DNA of 64,000 nucleotides, taken from Trichoplax adhaerens (Eukaryota > Animalia > Placozoa). Of the stretch, positions 29,501 to 43,035 are shown in pieces; position 1 is the stretch's first letter; the number at the start of each line of letters is the position of its first letter. Both the position numbers and the translations under genes were made by a program. The notes beneath the pieces were generated by a model that worked only from the letters and a program-made list of their open reading frames with translations, did no database searches and had not been told where the DNA came from. The stretch covers positions 558,001 through 622,000 of the forward strand of contig NW_002060969.1 in the NCBI RefSeq assembly GCF_000150275.1, read 5' to 3'.

Positions 29501-30515
29501 ATGCGAAAGACTTCTCAATATCAGGAGGGTAAGATTTACAAAGGAGTAATTGTCGCCTTGAATTAAATCATGAAATAGTCTTCATATAAAATACACTAAA
29601 CTAGTAGGTAATTTACAATTGATGTGTGTAATTCATTTATTATATCAGCTTACGAATATTTAAGTATTTAGTTGAATATAAAGATGCAGCTATGCATGAG
29701 TAATTGCGTATACGCGAATATTGCGGTCAGTATATATCAACGTACAGTACTATACATATAGTAAAATATAAATTAAACAAATACTATCAATGCCTATTAT
29801 TTTATCCAGATTAGAACTTAAAAGATATTTCGTATTGGCTCACATATAAGTCTCGATAATTTAACTCACGAAAGAAACAATAATACGATTACTTAAGACA
29901 GCTTAGAATAATTAATTAATTTATTTCATCTTGCGATAATAAAATGAATGAATGCCAAGTAATGGATGTATGAAGGTGTCAAAGAACGTTACATACGTAT
30001 ATATACAAATACTATATAAAATATAATATTAATGAATGAATTACAGCTTAACTTTTGATTAGAATCTTAAGAATAAATGATATTAAATGAGCTGAAGTAG
30101 TCAGTTCCTGAAATAAACTACAGTACATTAGATGCGCATATAACTTTATGATCAAACGCTTTTCATCATTGTACGATACGGTAGCTTATACATACGTATA
30201 TGTTTATAATTAAAGGATTGAAATTATGCAATGGCGTATAGGTATACACTGCGCATGTTTCAGTATAATTTTCTAAGAGTATCGCAATTCGCAAGCATAC
30301 AACTCAAAATGTACAGAACAACTTTTATTTTAAATTACAAAATTGCCACTAAATCTACGAGAAATGGACTTCTTAAATACAGATATGCAACATCCAATTT
30401 AAAAATATATCAGTTCTACGACTGCTGAGTTATTACTACGTTATATGAGCAGACATTTTAAGAAGTGTATAGGGAGTGAGTAGGATTTCATAGTAACATT
30501 GTCTCATAACTATGA

Positions 30516-33500
30516 TTACGTTTTACTAATAATGGGGGAATCCCAGTACGCTGAACTTGTTCTCTTATTATACCGTGACCGCTTACGATTAAAAATCTTA
30601 CCAAGATCCGGTGGGGAGACGACATTCGGGAAAATCTCATCCGGATTAGATACATTTGATAAGCATTGTTTCTTCAGAGCTATCTTTAAATTTGGGGTTT
30701 TAGCCCAGAGCGGTATAGGTTTGCGAGGCGAATCTTCGTCGTCTGTTGAATCATCACTGTTCAAGTTGCTAATGTCATATGTTGATAAAACTTTCTTTTT
30801 TAAAATATTCTTAAATTCTTTGTTGTCATAAATAGAATTTCCAACACTATCTTGGGTTCTATTACTTTCTTTCAAAACTCCCATAATAGCAGGTGAAATT
30901 ACAGTTTTAACTTTTTCAGTTTCAGTGTTATTTAACTTTGTCTTAGACGGAGGTGTTTTAAAGGTGGATACGTTTTCATCATTGAAGAATGCATTAAGAA
31001 TTTCCTTCTTTTCACTTAAAGTGCCTTTAATAGAATTATTCTTATCTGATGAACTTTCACTGTAAATAACTGGTTCAGTATTGCCTCTATGGCAAGCATT
31101 ACCGCTATCCTTAGCTTTTAGAATTTTTTCTCTATAAGTCAATGTAAGATCAACAATATTCATACTATTAATTTAATCTAAAAATTATCACTAAAATGCA
31201 AATGTCAAGGACATTGTTTAATACTAGCTAGAATTGCTTACAATTCGGCTTTTTCTTGCTTGAGTTTCATGATCATTTTTTGCTGTTGCTGTTGCATATG
31301 TCTTTGCTTTTCTTGAAATAAAGACCGCTGAAGACTGGTAGTCTCTCTCAGCTGCTGATAATTGTCTGTAATTTCGCTCATAGGTTGAGCAGGAGCAGCT
31401 TTAAAGTGATTTACATTAATCTCCTTTGCTGCACTTAGAGCTTCTATTCCATGAGCAAGGTCACTTTCCTTATCCTCAGTACGAACGCTTGTAGCGTCAA
31501 CTTTCACTTGTTCCATGGGTGTTAAACAGCCAGCGTTCTTATTCTTGTCTAGTTGATTCGACTTTTTTAAAGTAGTTTTCACAGCTCCTCGAGTAGATTG
31601 TTTCATCGGAACTTCTGTGGGCTTCTTCGGTAAATCCTTGCTAGTTTGCTTGGTTTTAATCTCATTTACACCTTTAGTCTTTGCTACTTTGCTAGTCTTT
31701 CGTTCGATTTTTTTATCATTCTGCGTTTTTTGCGTCAGTTTCTGCATTAATTGACGATTTCTTTCTTTCTCAGCTTTTGCTTTCGCAGCACGATGTTCAG
31801 CAACACGTCGCTCCTTTTCTTCCCGTTTACTACAACGGATACAGGTTGGTTGATAATTAATAAGCTGATGTATTACATTAAAATAAGATTTTTACATCTC
31901 AAACCGTTTCATATCTTCCATCTTAATTCTTCTTTGTTCCTCAATTCTCTGCTTTCTCTCTTGAGATAAGGCAGCCTTAGCTTTAATAGCAGTCTCGAGT
32001 TCTTTCTTTTTTTCCTTGGTATAATTACAATTTAAAGTATTATGTTTGGAAATTTGACGGACATCCAGAACAAAATGTTACAAAATCAATCACAAATGCC
32101 AGTAAATACCTCTCTTTGATGCATGACAACAGTTTTCTTTTTCAGAAAAGATGTAACTCCGGAAGCAATATTATTTGGAGTTTTGCATAAAGATGCTAGC
32201 TGCTAGAAGACAGAAGTATATACACATAGGTATATTTCTTTGTAAATTTCTTCAACACCCTAACATGGTATCACAACTTAACGCCACTTACTGAGATAGG
32301 AGATGCGATGGAACTGGTGTTAACGACGGCTGATACCGTTCCCTTTTGAACTTTAAATGTAGTTGGAGTAATATTTTTCGTTTTAACAAATTTCGGTGTA
32401 CTTAATTCAATCTCATTGTCTATAGCATCTTCAAAAGCTACAGAAAACCTATTTGGCGGTGTAACATAGCAGTCTTTAGTTTCCTTTACATCTTCTAAAT
32501 CTGAGTCCTTCTCCGCTTTGGGTCTGCAAGGGTAATGTGGATATGTAAGGAAGAATGAATATCACGATACTATAGATAACAAGTACATGAATGACAGACT
32601 GCTCATTGTTACGCACCTTTTCGCCTTTACAACATCATCTTCATCTTTCCAAATTTTACCATCTATTAATAGTTTAAAGTTGAAGAAAACATGTTAAGAT
32701 GACCGATTTTTTTTTTAAAATGTCAAGATTTACATACTATGTTTCCTTTTCTTGTCCTCCGAATTAAGTTCGTTCATATCTATGGGAGCAATATCACAGG
32801 GATCAGAAGCGTTGCCTTTTCGACCTGTTTTGGTGCCTAGTAAAGCTCTTGTTCCAGAAATATTTGAACATATATTATCACATTCAGGATCTTTGTTTAT
32901 GTCAGCGTTTATAGGGCTACCATAGATAACATACAAAAATGATTTAAGAATAAGTTCTTATTTATGTGACTTATTTGCTTAGTCGATAAATAAAAAGTAG
33001 AATCACTCATCTAAGATCTCTTATAACCGCAATACGCATGTAAGATTTCGAAGATTCGAAATAGATATGACTACACGTAATGTTAGCATGTTCACTCTTC
33101 AAATCAAGGCCTACCTTTCTATTTGCTCCGTTTGAGTGATATTAACTGGTGTGTTTACAAATTCCACTGATGTTTCTTCTATGAAATGTAGCCGCTCGTG
33201 AAAGTAAGTATTACTATTCATCTAGTTTACTAGTATAATAGAGGTAGAAATATAAATTCCCACGTACCGGAAATTTTTCTCCTAACATTGGATGATGTTA
33301 ACCTTCCCTTAGGTGTGTCATATAAATCACCATCATCTATACCACTTCTGTAGTAGAGAAGTTATCGTCAAACTTCATACACATAAATTAAACAGAAAGA
33401 AAAAAATCATTCATCGATTACCTTTCGTTTGTTAACGAAATGACGACATCATTATTTGAGGAGCTTTTTGATAAATTTGCTATAAATTAAGGAAGATCAA

Positions 33501-35484
33501 AAAGAAAGAATTTAATACATGAAATGGTATGATACGACCCGTTATCATTAGTAAATAAGGATAACGAATCTGTCAATTTTCATCAATGACTTGATGAAAA
33601 GTATAACCATTACCTGATTGTTCACCAGCTATGCTCATGGGAGTGCGCGTTTCAGTAATACAGTCTTGAGTATCACCGTTATACGAAATATTACGGTCTT
33701 TTACAACATCCGTAGAAATTCTTAAGTCGCCGGAAGTGCCATTTATATTACAATTATTTCTGCTATTACAAGGGTCTTGATCCTTCATTACCGAAGGTGT
33801 TTCATTTATTTTTAAAGATGAAGCAGAACTAAAGCTGGCATTTGTATCTTTGGGACTTTCTTCGAGAATATTCGTGTCCGTTTCTAAAATCGATGAGTGT
33901 TCATTTTCTACGATGATTTCATTACCTTCTTCCTGTGATTCTTCATCGTTTATCGATTCAGATCCGCAATTGGAAACCTTTTCGTTTTTTGATAGCGGCT
34001 CAGTATTTACCATTGGTTCATACGTATTGAAAGTGACCGTATCTGTGGTTAGATTTACATCCCTTTCATTTGCTTCTGCTGTAATGCCCTCTATAACGGT
34101 TAGCGTTTCTTGCAAAGAAACGTGAACATCTTCGTTCATCCCTAAAATTAAATCATTATCATTATTGATATTAGTATCTCGAGAGGCTGCATCTAAGAAA
34201 CGGTTCAACGAAGAATCTACAATCGTAGTCCTGCTTGGAGTTGAGATAGTACGAGACGATAATAAATTCATCGTATTTTTTTCCCCTGAGACTGATTCGG
34301 CGCTAACTGGTAACTTAATGAAACTATTCATGATTTCATTAGCGATAGGATGCGGTGAAACAGCACTCATGGTAGATAAATTTTCCGCGCAATTGCTATT
34401 CTGCTTCCCTGTCGTTGTTATAAGCCCTGCTTTCCCAAAGTCAAATGCAGTTATATCCTCTGATACACTGGTTTCGGTATTCAGATTCATATTGTTCATT
34501 GTAGGGGTCAAGGGTATCACAATTTCTTTGCAATCACTTCCTATACTAGTATTTTTCAATTTATTTGCGGATTGTGGTGTGCTGGATGATATACTACAAA
34601 TATTCTCTGTGCAGGAGCTATCATCGTATTTCATTTTAGCCGCCATCCTTCTGGTTATTCTAACATTCTGCGTAACTTTTGCCTCAGGGCATTGTTTCTG
34701 ATTGTTCTTTCTCTTGTTTTTTTTCCTCTCATCTTGGTGAGGGATATTATTCGTATTCATATTTTGGGTAACTTTATGCCGCCCTCTCTTAACGGGGGAT
34801 TCTTGTAAAGTTTCATTCTCTTCCTTATCTTCGCTGATCGTATACTCGGAAACATCTAGCTGAAAATACGTTTTCTTGCTGATTTCCTGGCGCTTCCTCT
34901 TCATTGAAGGTGTTTTTGGAAGCAATGCTGCTCCGGAGACACTATAATGATAGAAATTATTATGTAATTCTTACAGGCTTTCAAATATAAGTAATGATGC
35001 TGCATACACTACGTAGATTGCGTTGATTCCCGTTCGAAAGAACAGTTGCTCTCTTAGCTGAGTGAGGCTGCATCGTATGTCGGATAAAATTTATTAATGT
35101 CATTTAAGTTAAGCAAAATATACTCGTATATTAACTTAAAGTGCGTGCTTCAAAATACTGTAAAGTAAATGCAACTGCGTACGGGACACGGAACACTACA
35201 CGGTACTGTACTGTATACAGTACCTTGATTGTATCCAGTATAAAGCTAATGATTACTATAAGTAAGACACGATCACAAACTGTAGCGGCACCGTATATAG
35301 TAAAATTATCTTATGGAAGTACTTACTTCTGCTTTTTGTCTTGAGCTACTTCCAACAGCGTCTCTTCTAGCCAGGTAAGATTTTCTTGATATACTTCTTT
35401 ATAGAATTTATCTATGGAATCGGTTGTTTGGCTATAATACCTTTGGGCCAAATTTATTAATTGACGAGGGAAATAATCGTTCAT
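30516..35484 (-). CDS. INCENP: Inner centromere protein (chromosomal passenger complex scaffold)
   Basis: N-terminal CEN-box-like helix (ENLTWLEETLLEVA) and LLPKTPSMKRKR. Long S/T-rich disordered middle with many TP/SP sites and charged helical segments. C-terminal IN-box YDISNLNSDDSTDDEDSPRKPIPLWA...PDEIF...DLGKIF...RYNKRTSSAYWDSP. Confidence 0.9.
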
Positions 35485-35695
35485 TCTGTACTTGTGCAGT
35501 TGACAATTGTTGATTGTAAATGATGTAAAATATACTTTGTCATGCAATATTGTTGCTTAGATATGTTAACCAAAAATTGACAGCACAATATACCGGATGC
35601 CAAGATATCGAAGATACTGTAGTACCGGCTCACCACTAAACGAATGAATTGTGATGACGAAGCCAAGCTGGTGTGGTAACCACCTGATTGTATTG

Positions 35696-35742
35696 TACCG
35701 TTACGATTTTCCAATAAAATTTAAAATTTAAAATCCCGTTTT
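35696..35742 (-). promoter_or_regulatory. Candidate cell-cycle (CHR / Myb / CCAAT) promoter module of INCENP
   Basis: On the - strand: AACGGGATTTTAAATTTTAAA (AACGG plus two CHR-like TTTAAA), ATTGG (inverted CCAAT) and TAACGGT, 210-260 bp upstream of the ATG. Confidence 0.35.
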
Positions 35743-36239
35743 GTGTCCAAGTTGTTACTATTTGTAAGACAGTAAAAACATCGTTAAGTTTAATTCACTT
35801 TCCAAATTACTGTATTTGTTTTACTGTTAATATACTAAAAATTTTGGCAAGGAAAAATAAAAATACGTTGCGACGATTGTGAAAATTATGCTACTAAAGC
35901 GACTTTAATACTGTAAATTCTGAATGATTTCCTTCAGTGCAGTAATCTGATCGTACGATCTTTGCTGCGAGCTGACTCTACACCGTAAATACTTGATTAT
36001 TCCACAAAGTCTTGATAAGGTTAATGAAAGATCGATGCAGAGCTTAGAACTACTATAAAGAAATTCCAGAGATGTACAGTACTAACGATCTGTTCATTAT
36101 CTTTATCTCGTTTTAAAAAGAAAACTTATTTAAGTTACTAACTGGTATGGGTTTGTACTAACCGTAATAATTTATACTTTTATTATTTTACGCGCTGCTT
36201 GACAGTGCTTCCAGGTCCCAATTAACTTAAGAAGGATGA

Positions 36240-38540
36240 TTCGGTACTGTGCTGTATCTTAGTATGCTTTTGCTAATAGCCAAGCCGTAGTTGCGGATAC
36301 TGTAGAGTACTGTACTGTACTGTACAGTACTGTGTGTATGCAGCCGATGGTAGGATTGAAATTTGAGACCTTCAAAAAAATGAGATCTGAACGTTACAAT
36401 TTTATTTGTACACCACAGTATTGTAGTAGTACTGTACAGTACTATACTCAGTATACTGTACTGTACAGTACAGTACAGTACTGTACATGCAATCAGTCAG
36501 TAATGTCATAGTACTGTACACTATATCATACTGTATGATTCGTGATTATGACGTTTTTATTGTAATTTTGTACTTTAATCGTGGCCATTGATATATAAAT
36601 TAATTATAAATTAAATAAAACAAAATTTAAAATAAAATTTATTTGTAAATGATCTGTACTGTACAGTACATGTACGTACAGTAGATAACAAAAATCAAAA
36701 TAATACAATAAAGATTTCTTACGGTTGAATTTTAGCATTTACCTAATACTGTACTGCAAATGCAAGTAGTAAATAAATACGAGTATACAGTACTGTACAG
36801 TATAATTTGTAATTGCCAATGCACATGACTAACGACCTTATGCTGTACACTGTACAGTACAGTACTGTACTTTTACTGTGGTGTACTGTACGTACAGTAT
36901 GCAGTATAAATTTGTATCTGCAGTGTGGTGTACTGTATTTTACTGTACTGAAACGGGTACAATGTTACTGTTAACTACTGTACTGTACACTATTCAATAT
37001 TTTTAAGTTTTACTGTACTGTACTATACTGTACTTTCTTTTTTTATTTATACTGTAGACTGACAGTTTTTATTAAATTTTAAATCATGTTCATATTCGCC
37101 ATGTCCAATCATTGTACAGAGATCATTGACGTCACCAAGCTATTATTCGCGTAAAACGGATCTCATATGAACGTTGCACAATTGTACAAGAGAAGACCTG
37201 GACTGATCACTCTTGGACAGACGGACACTTTTGGTCTCATCTCGTCAAAATATTGTGCCAAACACCTCGCTATGACATTACTTTAGTATGGAGACAGACG
37301 ATCGATTTTAAATGCACCCATTTTTTCCAAATTAAGTAATATTACTGTACTGTACAGTACAGGGCGTTCGGAATGTGTTGCAACGAAATCCATACAAATT
37401 TCTGTAAATTGTTGCGTATATTTCCGATTTTTTTTTTTTTTATAAGAAAGCCTATGAGTTGAACGGTATGGATATGAGAGGCATGTCGTACTCGCGCGCG
37501 CAGTCGTAACGCAAATGTTCATCAAAGTTAAATGTTTAATTCACTATTTCCAGTGAATCTTGTTATTATCTATTAATAAGTTCTGCTTGGAAACAGTTAT
37601 ATAAAATCGTAGATGTTATTTAATCTAAGTTAGTACCAGTGATTTAGAAAATGGGACACGGAAGGTCCGTACTAAGTAACCATTTTTCGATACTTACGGA
37701 ATCATTCGGTAAGAATAGTCTATCTGCCTGAGGGAGTTGATCATTCCAGGCCTTCTTCCAGTACTGTACACTGTACAGTACAGTACCACAGTACTCACAG
37801 CCGAATAACTTACAGTACTGTACTGTACTGTTCAGTGCATTGATTTGATGCTTTAGCCAATGTACTGTACCGTACAGTATACTTTTTTGTTGGTTCTCTT
37901 ATTTTCTCAGTATTTGCTATGTATGTTTTTGTTATGTTTATAGAAACTCAAACTAATTTTATTTTGGATCAATTCGATTGGACTTATTTCTTTCTTACTG
38001 TTAGTTTTTTTTATTGATTATCTGGATCAATACAGTATTGTACAGTACTGTACTGTACAGTCCTGTACTGTACACTGTGCAGTACAGTACTGTACAGTAC
38101 TGTATCGTACAGTATCACCATTAATATACAGTATGTACAGTACAGTATGACTGACTACGGTACCGCTGTCATCAAATTCATGAGTGTACAGTACAGTACA
38201 TTACGTCTGACCATAGTGATCCCATTCCCAATCAACTGCCGACTTCACGAAATGTGTTTTACGTAAAAAACGAATATACTGTATAATAACAATCTAATAA
38301 TGTTGGTATCTAGATATCGCGCAATAATCTACAGCCAGTTCGTCTTGTTACTTATTGATCTCTTCATCAATGCTTTTGGATCACTTCTTAGCGATCGAGA
38401 TGTCATCCTACTCGTTATTTATATGTAAGTATCATACGTACAGTACTGTACTGTACTTTAAATCTATACAGTACTGTATATACAATAGTTATATTACCTA
38501 TACACTATACTGTACTGTATATGTTATACTGTACTGTATA
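36240..38540. repeat. Multiple TACAG/CTGTA pentamer arrays in the INCENP-TMEM138 divergent region and TMEM138 intron 1
   Basis: Dense runs such as tactgtactgtactgtacagtactg at ~36308, 36455, 36845, 37760, 38040 and 38440. Confidence 0.8.
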
Positions 38541-39871
38541 CAGTATAATATATATATATATATATTAACGGAATGAGAAAAAGTTCATCAGATATTGCAG
38601 ATCTCTACTATACAATACTGTAAATTATTGTTATTAAATTTTACCAATTAATTAATTAATTTACTATTGCTACTACACTATGCCAGGAACTTCTAAATTC
38701 TGAGAGAAAATTTTATTAGAAGTCCATGACCATGCCCTGACTGTGCAATATACAGTACTACCATGGAACTGCTAGATATATGGAGCATCTAGTAGTCCAT
38801 GGTACTACCGTACGTCATGAACACTAATCATACAATATTTTTTGATTGATACTTGATTTCTAATTGAACGTTATTTTATATCAGGAGTACTTATATTTCT
38901 GTATAGTAGTCACAGCATAATTAATTAATTTTTGATAAAATTCGGGTTTCATATCTTAGCCGGAAAGAGTTGTATTACACAACTCTTTCCACTCAACTTG
39001 TGTAGTTGTGGCATGTGGCCTCCTGATGATCGTCATTATTTGAATCATACATTCGCACTGTGCTAGATAAATGTCGAGGAGGACAAGCCTAACGGTAGAA
39101 GTTTAGTTTTATTACACATTATAAGCTTCAGTGGCACCGCAAAAGCGCTAGAATTGCAGAATCCGAAAATCAAATATTGAAAATTTGCAGATATCATTTA
39201 AAAAAGTGTGGCAATGGTGCAATCTACCTACAGCCTTATCCCTTAATTGCTTCTTTATATCTTAAACCTATGTAGAGTCCAGCTCCTGTGCCTGGTATTC
39301 AACTTAATTGTTATATTCCTGGTCTTCTTTAATACTTACGTTTTTCAAGCTGGCCTTATGAATCTGTTGGTTAGAAAATTTCGGATGGCCATTTGTATTA
39401 ATGTGATTTATGCTTTGATCTCTGTGGGTATTCACGTATGGACATTGGTAGGTTTAAATTAATTTCATTAATTAACTATTGAATTGCGCATCAGTTTAAT
39501 CTTGTTAAAAAGTTATTGTAGCTATTTGATAAAACCGCTAAAGTTGAGCGTGTGGGTGTACACTATTTTAAACACTTTGTTTCTCAAGATAAAGGTGTGG
39601 GGCCAAGGCTCAAGTACATACATTTGGGAACCTGGTTACCAGGCGCTGTATGTAGTCCACAGAGTTGGTAAGCCTTTAAGATGATACCCTCATGAGTATT
39701 GGATGCTATACTATACCAGTAATCTTTAAGTAATAGTTAATTTATCATTTTTCGTTTTTAGCTTCTGTATTTTATTACTACTTCTACAAGAGAATGGCGT
39801 TAAAACTAGGAGATCCGAGGTACTACAAAGATTCGGAATGGTTGCGAAAGGAGTATGCTCGATCTCACTAA
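38300..39871 (+). CDS. TMEM138: Transmembrane protein 138 (ciliary, Joubert syndrome gene orthologue); 4 exons
   Basis: Exons read [26 protein letters not shown]..., [36 protein letters not shown] and [36 protein letters not shown]. Confidence 0.92.
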
Positions 39872-41065
39872 TTTATAATTTTATAACTAAATTAATTAAC
39901 TACACTTATAATCCATCTTGTTTCATATTTTGTACATATAGTAGTGCTTGATATAATGTTACTTGTACTATATTTAATATATATATATATACGTAAATCC
40001 GCACTCTTACCGTGTGAAGACTTCGGACGATTCTTGCTAATTCTAAAATAATTGAGACTGATATCTCTGGATAATAAATATCAGATTTTATAATTATATA
40101 ATGTTACGTAAAAATAGTGAAAAATCTGTAATATCGGTCCACATTAACTAGCACGCAACATATAATTATCTACCGATAATTTTCATAGGCGAATTGTACG
40201 GACATCCATGCGGTAGCTTATCATATCGAATGCTATAAAAGTGAAAATGACGCAGCTTTCACTGCTTCTATGAGCTCAGTGCAGGCCGTACAGCAGAATA
40301 CACCTGTCGTACGTTAGGAAAGATAGCAATATTTCTAGAGGAACTCACTAATTTATTAAATAGATATTAGTCAGAAATTATCGTTGGACTTATTGTAAGA
40401 TCAAGAAATGCATTGCCTAAAGGTTAAATTTAGAGTAATTGAATGCGTGTCCGTCCTTTTAGCAAGTTTCAATAATGTGTCTATCCTGGATTACATAAGT
40501 ACACCCATTCACGGTTCGATTTCGACTTAAATCCATCAAGTGTTAGTAGAATCGACTCCCAAGTCGAATTGATCCAGGCGTATACATAAGAAGCTGTACA
40601 ATGTACACTTTTCTGTCTCTGATTTGGAAGTAGAGTTTCACGATGCTGTAAATTGTTGCGCGATAAACAGTATGGTAAGATACTCGTATATGATGACACA
40701 TTTATTTATATGACAGAATTAGCTGCAAACAAAACGAATGAATTGGAAAAACTAACGATGTTCGCAATAAGTATCGTTTTTGTTGTATTACGTAGAAGAG
40801 CGACGAGATAACCATGACACCTTTAGCACTAGCAAGCCTTTTTACCACATTGAAATCCTTCGTGATTTCGAAAATTAGATATAATAGAATTACATAGTAT
40901 GAAATGTATACATAAAGAATATTGAACAGTTTCCGGCCTTTTGCAATGTTCAGTACTACACTATATCGAAAAGGATAGCTGCATGTATTTACTGCTGCTC
41001 ATAAATTAGATTAATATAACAGGATAACTATTACTTTATAGAAAGGAATTAACGCTATTAATTCG

Positions 41066-42202
41066 CTAAGCTTCGTATGAATCTTCCTCGGCTATTTCTT
41101 CGATTTCGTTTTCGGCTTTAGGGAAGGATAAAGCTATGAGGTCATCTAGGCACAAGAATAAATTTTTAACTTTTTACCCCTTATAATAATTTGAATTAAA
41201 ATATGCCATTGCAAATATTAACCTTGCAAACAAAGTGTAATGTGAAATTAATAATGCGTGTGTAAGTGATTAGCAAGCTTACCTAAAACTATATATGCGG
41301 AAGACCTCGGTCTACCTTCACTATCTACAAATCTCCCATATGATAATCTACCATTAAGTAAGACCCGTTGCCTGAAAATACAATTGCAAATCATGTACGC
41401 GTATTAACTATTACTGTAGCAAATCTATATACAGGACGTAGTATTACAAACTTCATACCCCTTCGTTACTGTTTGCATGATATAATTCTGTAACGCAGGC
41501 TTGTAAGCGAAGATGCTATGCCATTCCGTTTTAGTTGTCAAGTGTCCTGCCCAAAGCAGATAAATGTAAGGAAGAGTTATCCCAAATTCAAATATAAATT
41601 ACGTTACCATTTTCTTAGGTCACCATACGTACAAGAAGGGAAAGGTGACTACAGTACCCTTTTACAAGTGGAACAAGTGAGTAGAAACTTTCTATAGTAT
41701 AATACCTGAGTCTTCATTTTTAACAAACCATGACCTATTCGTGGCAACAGAGAATCTGACACTTTTATCATCCACCTTAACGGGATCATTTCCAACATTT
41801 CCTAGCAATTGCACATGATTGATGCCTAAAATGAGCAAACGATCACAAAAGTTTATTATCGAACGTGACTTTACTAATATTACATCCACCAATTTAATGA
41901 TACAGCACCACGACTACTATAATTAGGGTAATATATCTCGTCAATTCTCACGAGTTATACCATATTAGATGCAACGATAGTAAAATAAAAAGAAGCATAT
42001 CGAAAACAAAACGGTATCTTGGTCAATTTTGTCACCAAAATCAATCAAGTTCCATTCACATAATGCTGCATTGAACATAATTCTAATTGATCTTACTTCG
42101 GATTGGTCGTCTCGACTCCTCGTTTCTTATAAGTCGCGAGGTAACCTATTACAGCAAGAAAAGATCCAGCACACGTTGTCTTACAGACGTCAAGGAAGCC
42201 AT
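41066..42202 (-). CDS. SSBP1: Single-stranded DNA-binding protein, mitochondrial
   Basis: Spliced product MASLTS|VTSRLIRNEESRRPIRS|INHVQLLGNVGNDP...FSVATNRSW...|TKTEWHSIFAYKP...VTKG|QRVLLNGRLSYGRFVDSEGRPR...|DDLIALS...*. This is an OB-fold SSB with an Arg-rich N-terminus. The start exon is less certain. Confidence 0.88.
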
Positions 42203-42244
42203 GCTTTGACTACTGTAGTTTATCTATCTGTAAATGGTTCAATC

Positions 42245-43035
42245 TACAGTACGATACTGTACTGTACACTCTAAATGTACTGTACACTATTATCGTACAT
42301 ACAGTACTGTACTGTACTGTACTGTACAGTACTGTACACTGAGTGTACAGTAACAGTACACAATGATACTACAGTACTGTACAGTACGTGGCACGTACAG
42401 TACAGTACAGTATTTCAGTCCATCAAAAACAAATGGCCGAATTTAGAATATCTGTTGGACGTTACGTAAATTCGTCTTGCGCGAGTACTAAAAGTGTGTA
42501 AATTGACAAAATTTTTAAATATTATCGGTGTGCAATAGTTAACATCTCAGTTGAGAGGGGGTAAGCAATGATTCAAACAACTTTTGCTATTCTCATATGG
42601 TCTACTGTACATTGTACAATAGTGTACAATACAGTGTACAGTATAGTGCAGTAATGAGCACTGACTATGGATTGCACCCAATAGGATTGTATGGAGCACT
42701 GGTATACTGTACAGTACAGTACTGTACTAACAGTGGTAGATGGAACAAACCGAGTTACGTCGTTTAGCATTAATTTTCCATGATATCTGTTAAATCGTTA
42801 AATCGGCTATTTAATTGCTTGTTTGCCCCTCGATGCTGTCGGGGACTGTAATAAACCGGGATTTACTGCGCTGTACAGTACAGTACTGTACTGTACTGTA
42901 CATTATTACATTACAGTATTTAGTATTCCATGGTACTGAGGAGTACAGTACTGTACAGTACCGTAGATCCAGCGTGTGGTGTGTACAGTACTGTACTATA
43001 ATCTGGTCAGTACAGTACAGTACTGTACTGTACTG
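42245..43035. repeat. TACAG/CTGTA pentamer arrays upstream of SSBP1
   Basis: acagtactgtactgtactgtactgtacagtactgtac (42301-42337) and similar runs at ~42705, 42871 and 43008. Confidence 0.8.

Noticed and set aside
33850-34701. Plus-strand ORFs of 91 and 178 aa
   Set aside because: Antisense to the large INCENP exon, with no independent protein features.
40481-40699. 72-aa minus-strand ORF between TMEM138 and SSBP1
   Set aside because: No recognisable motif; may be SSBP1 3' UTR or intergenic sequence.
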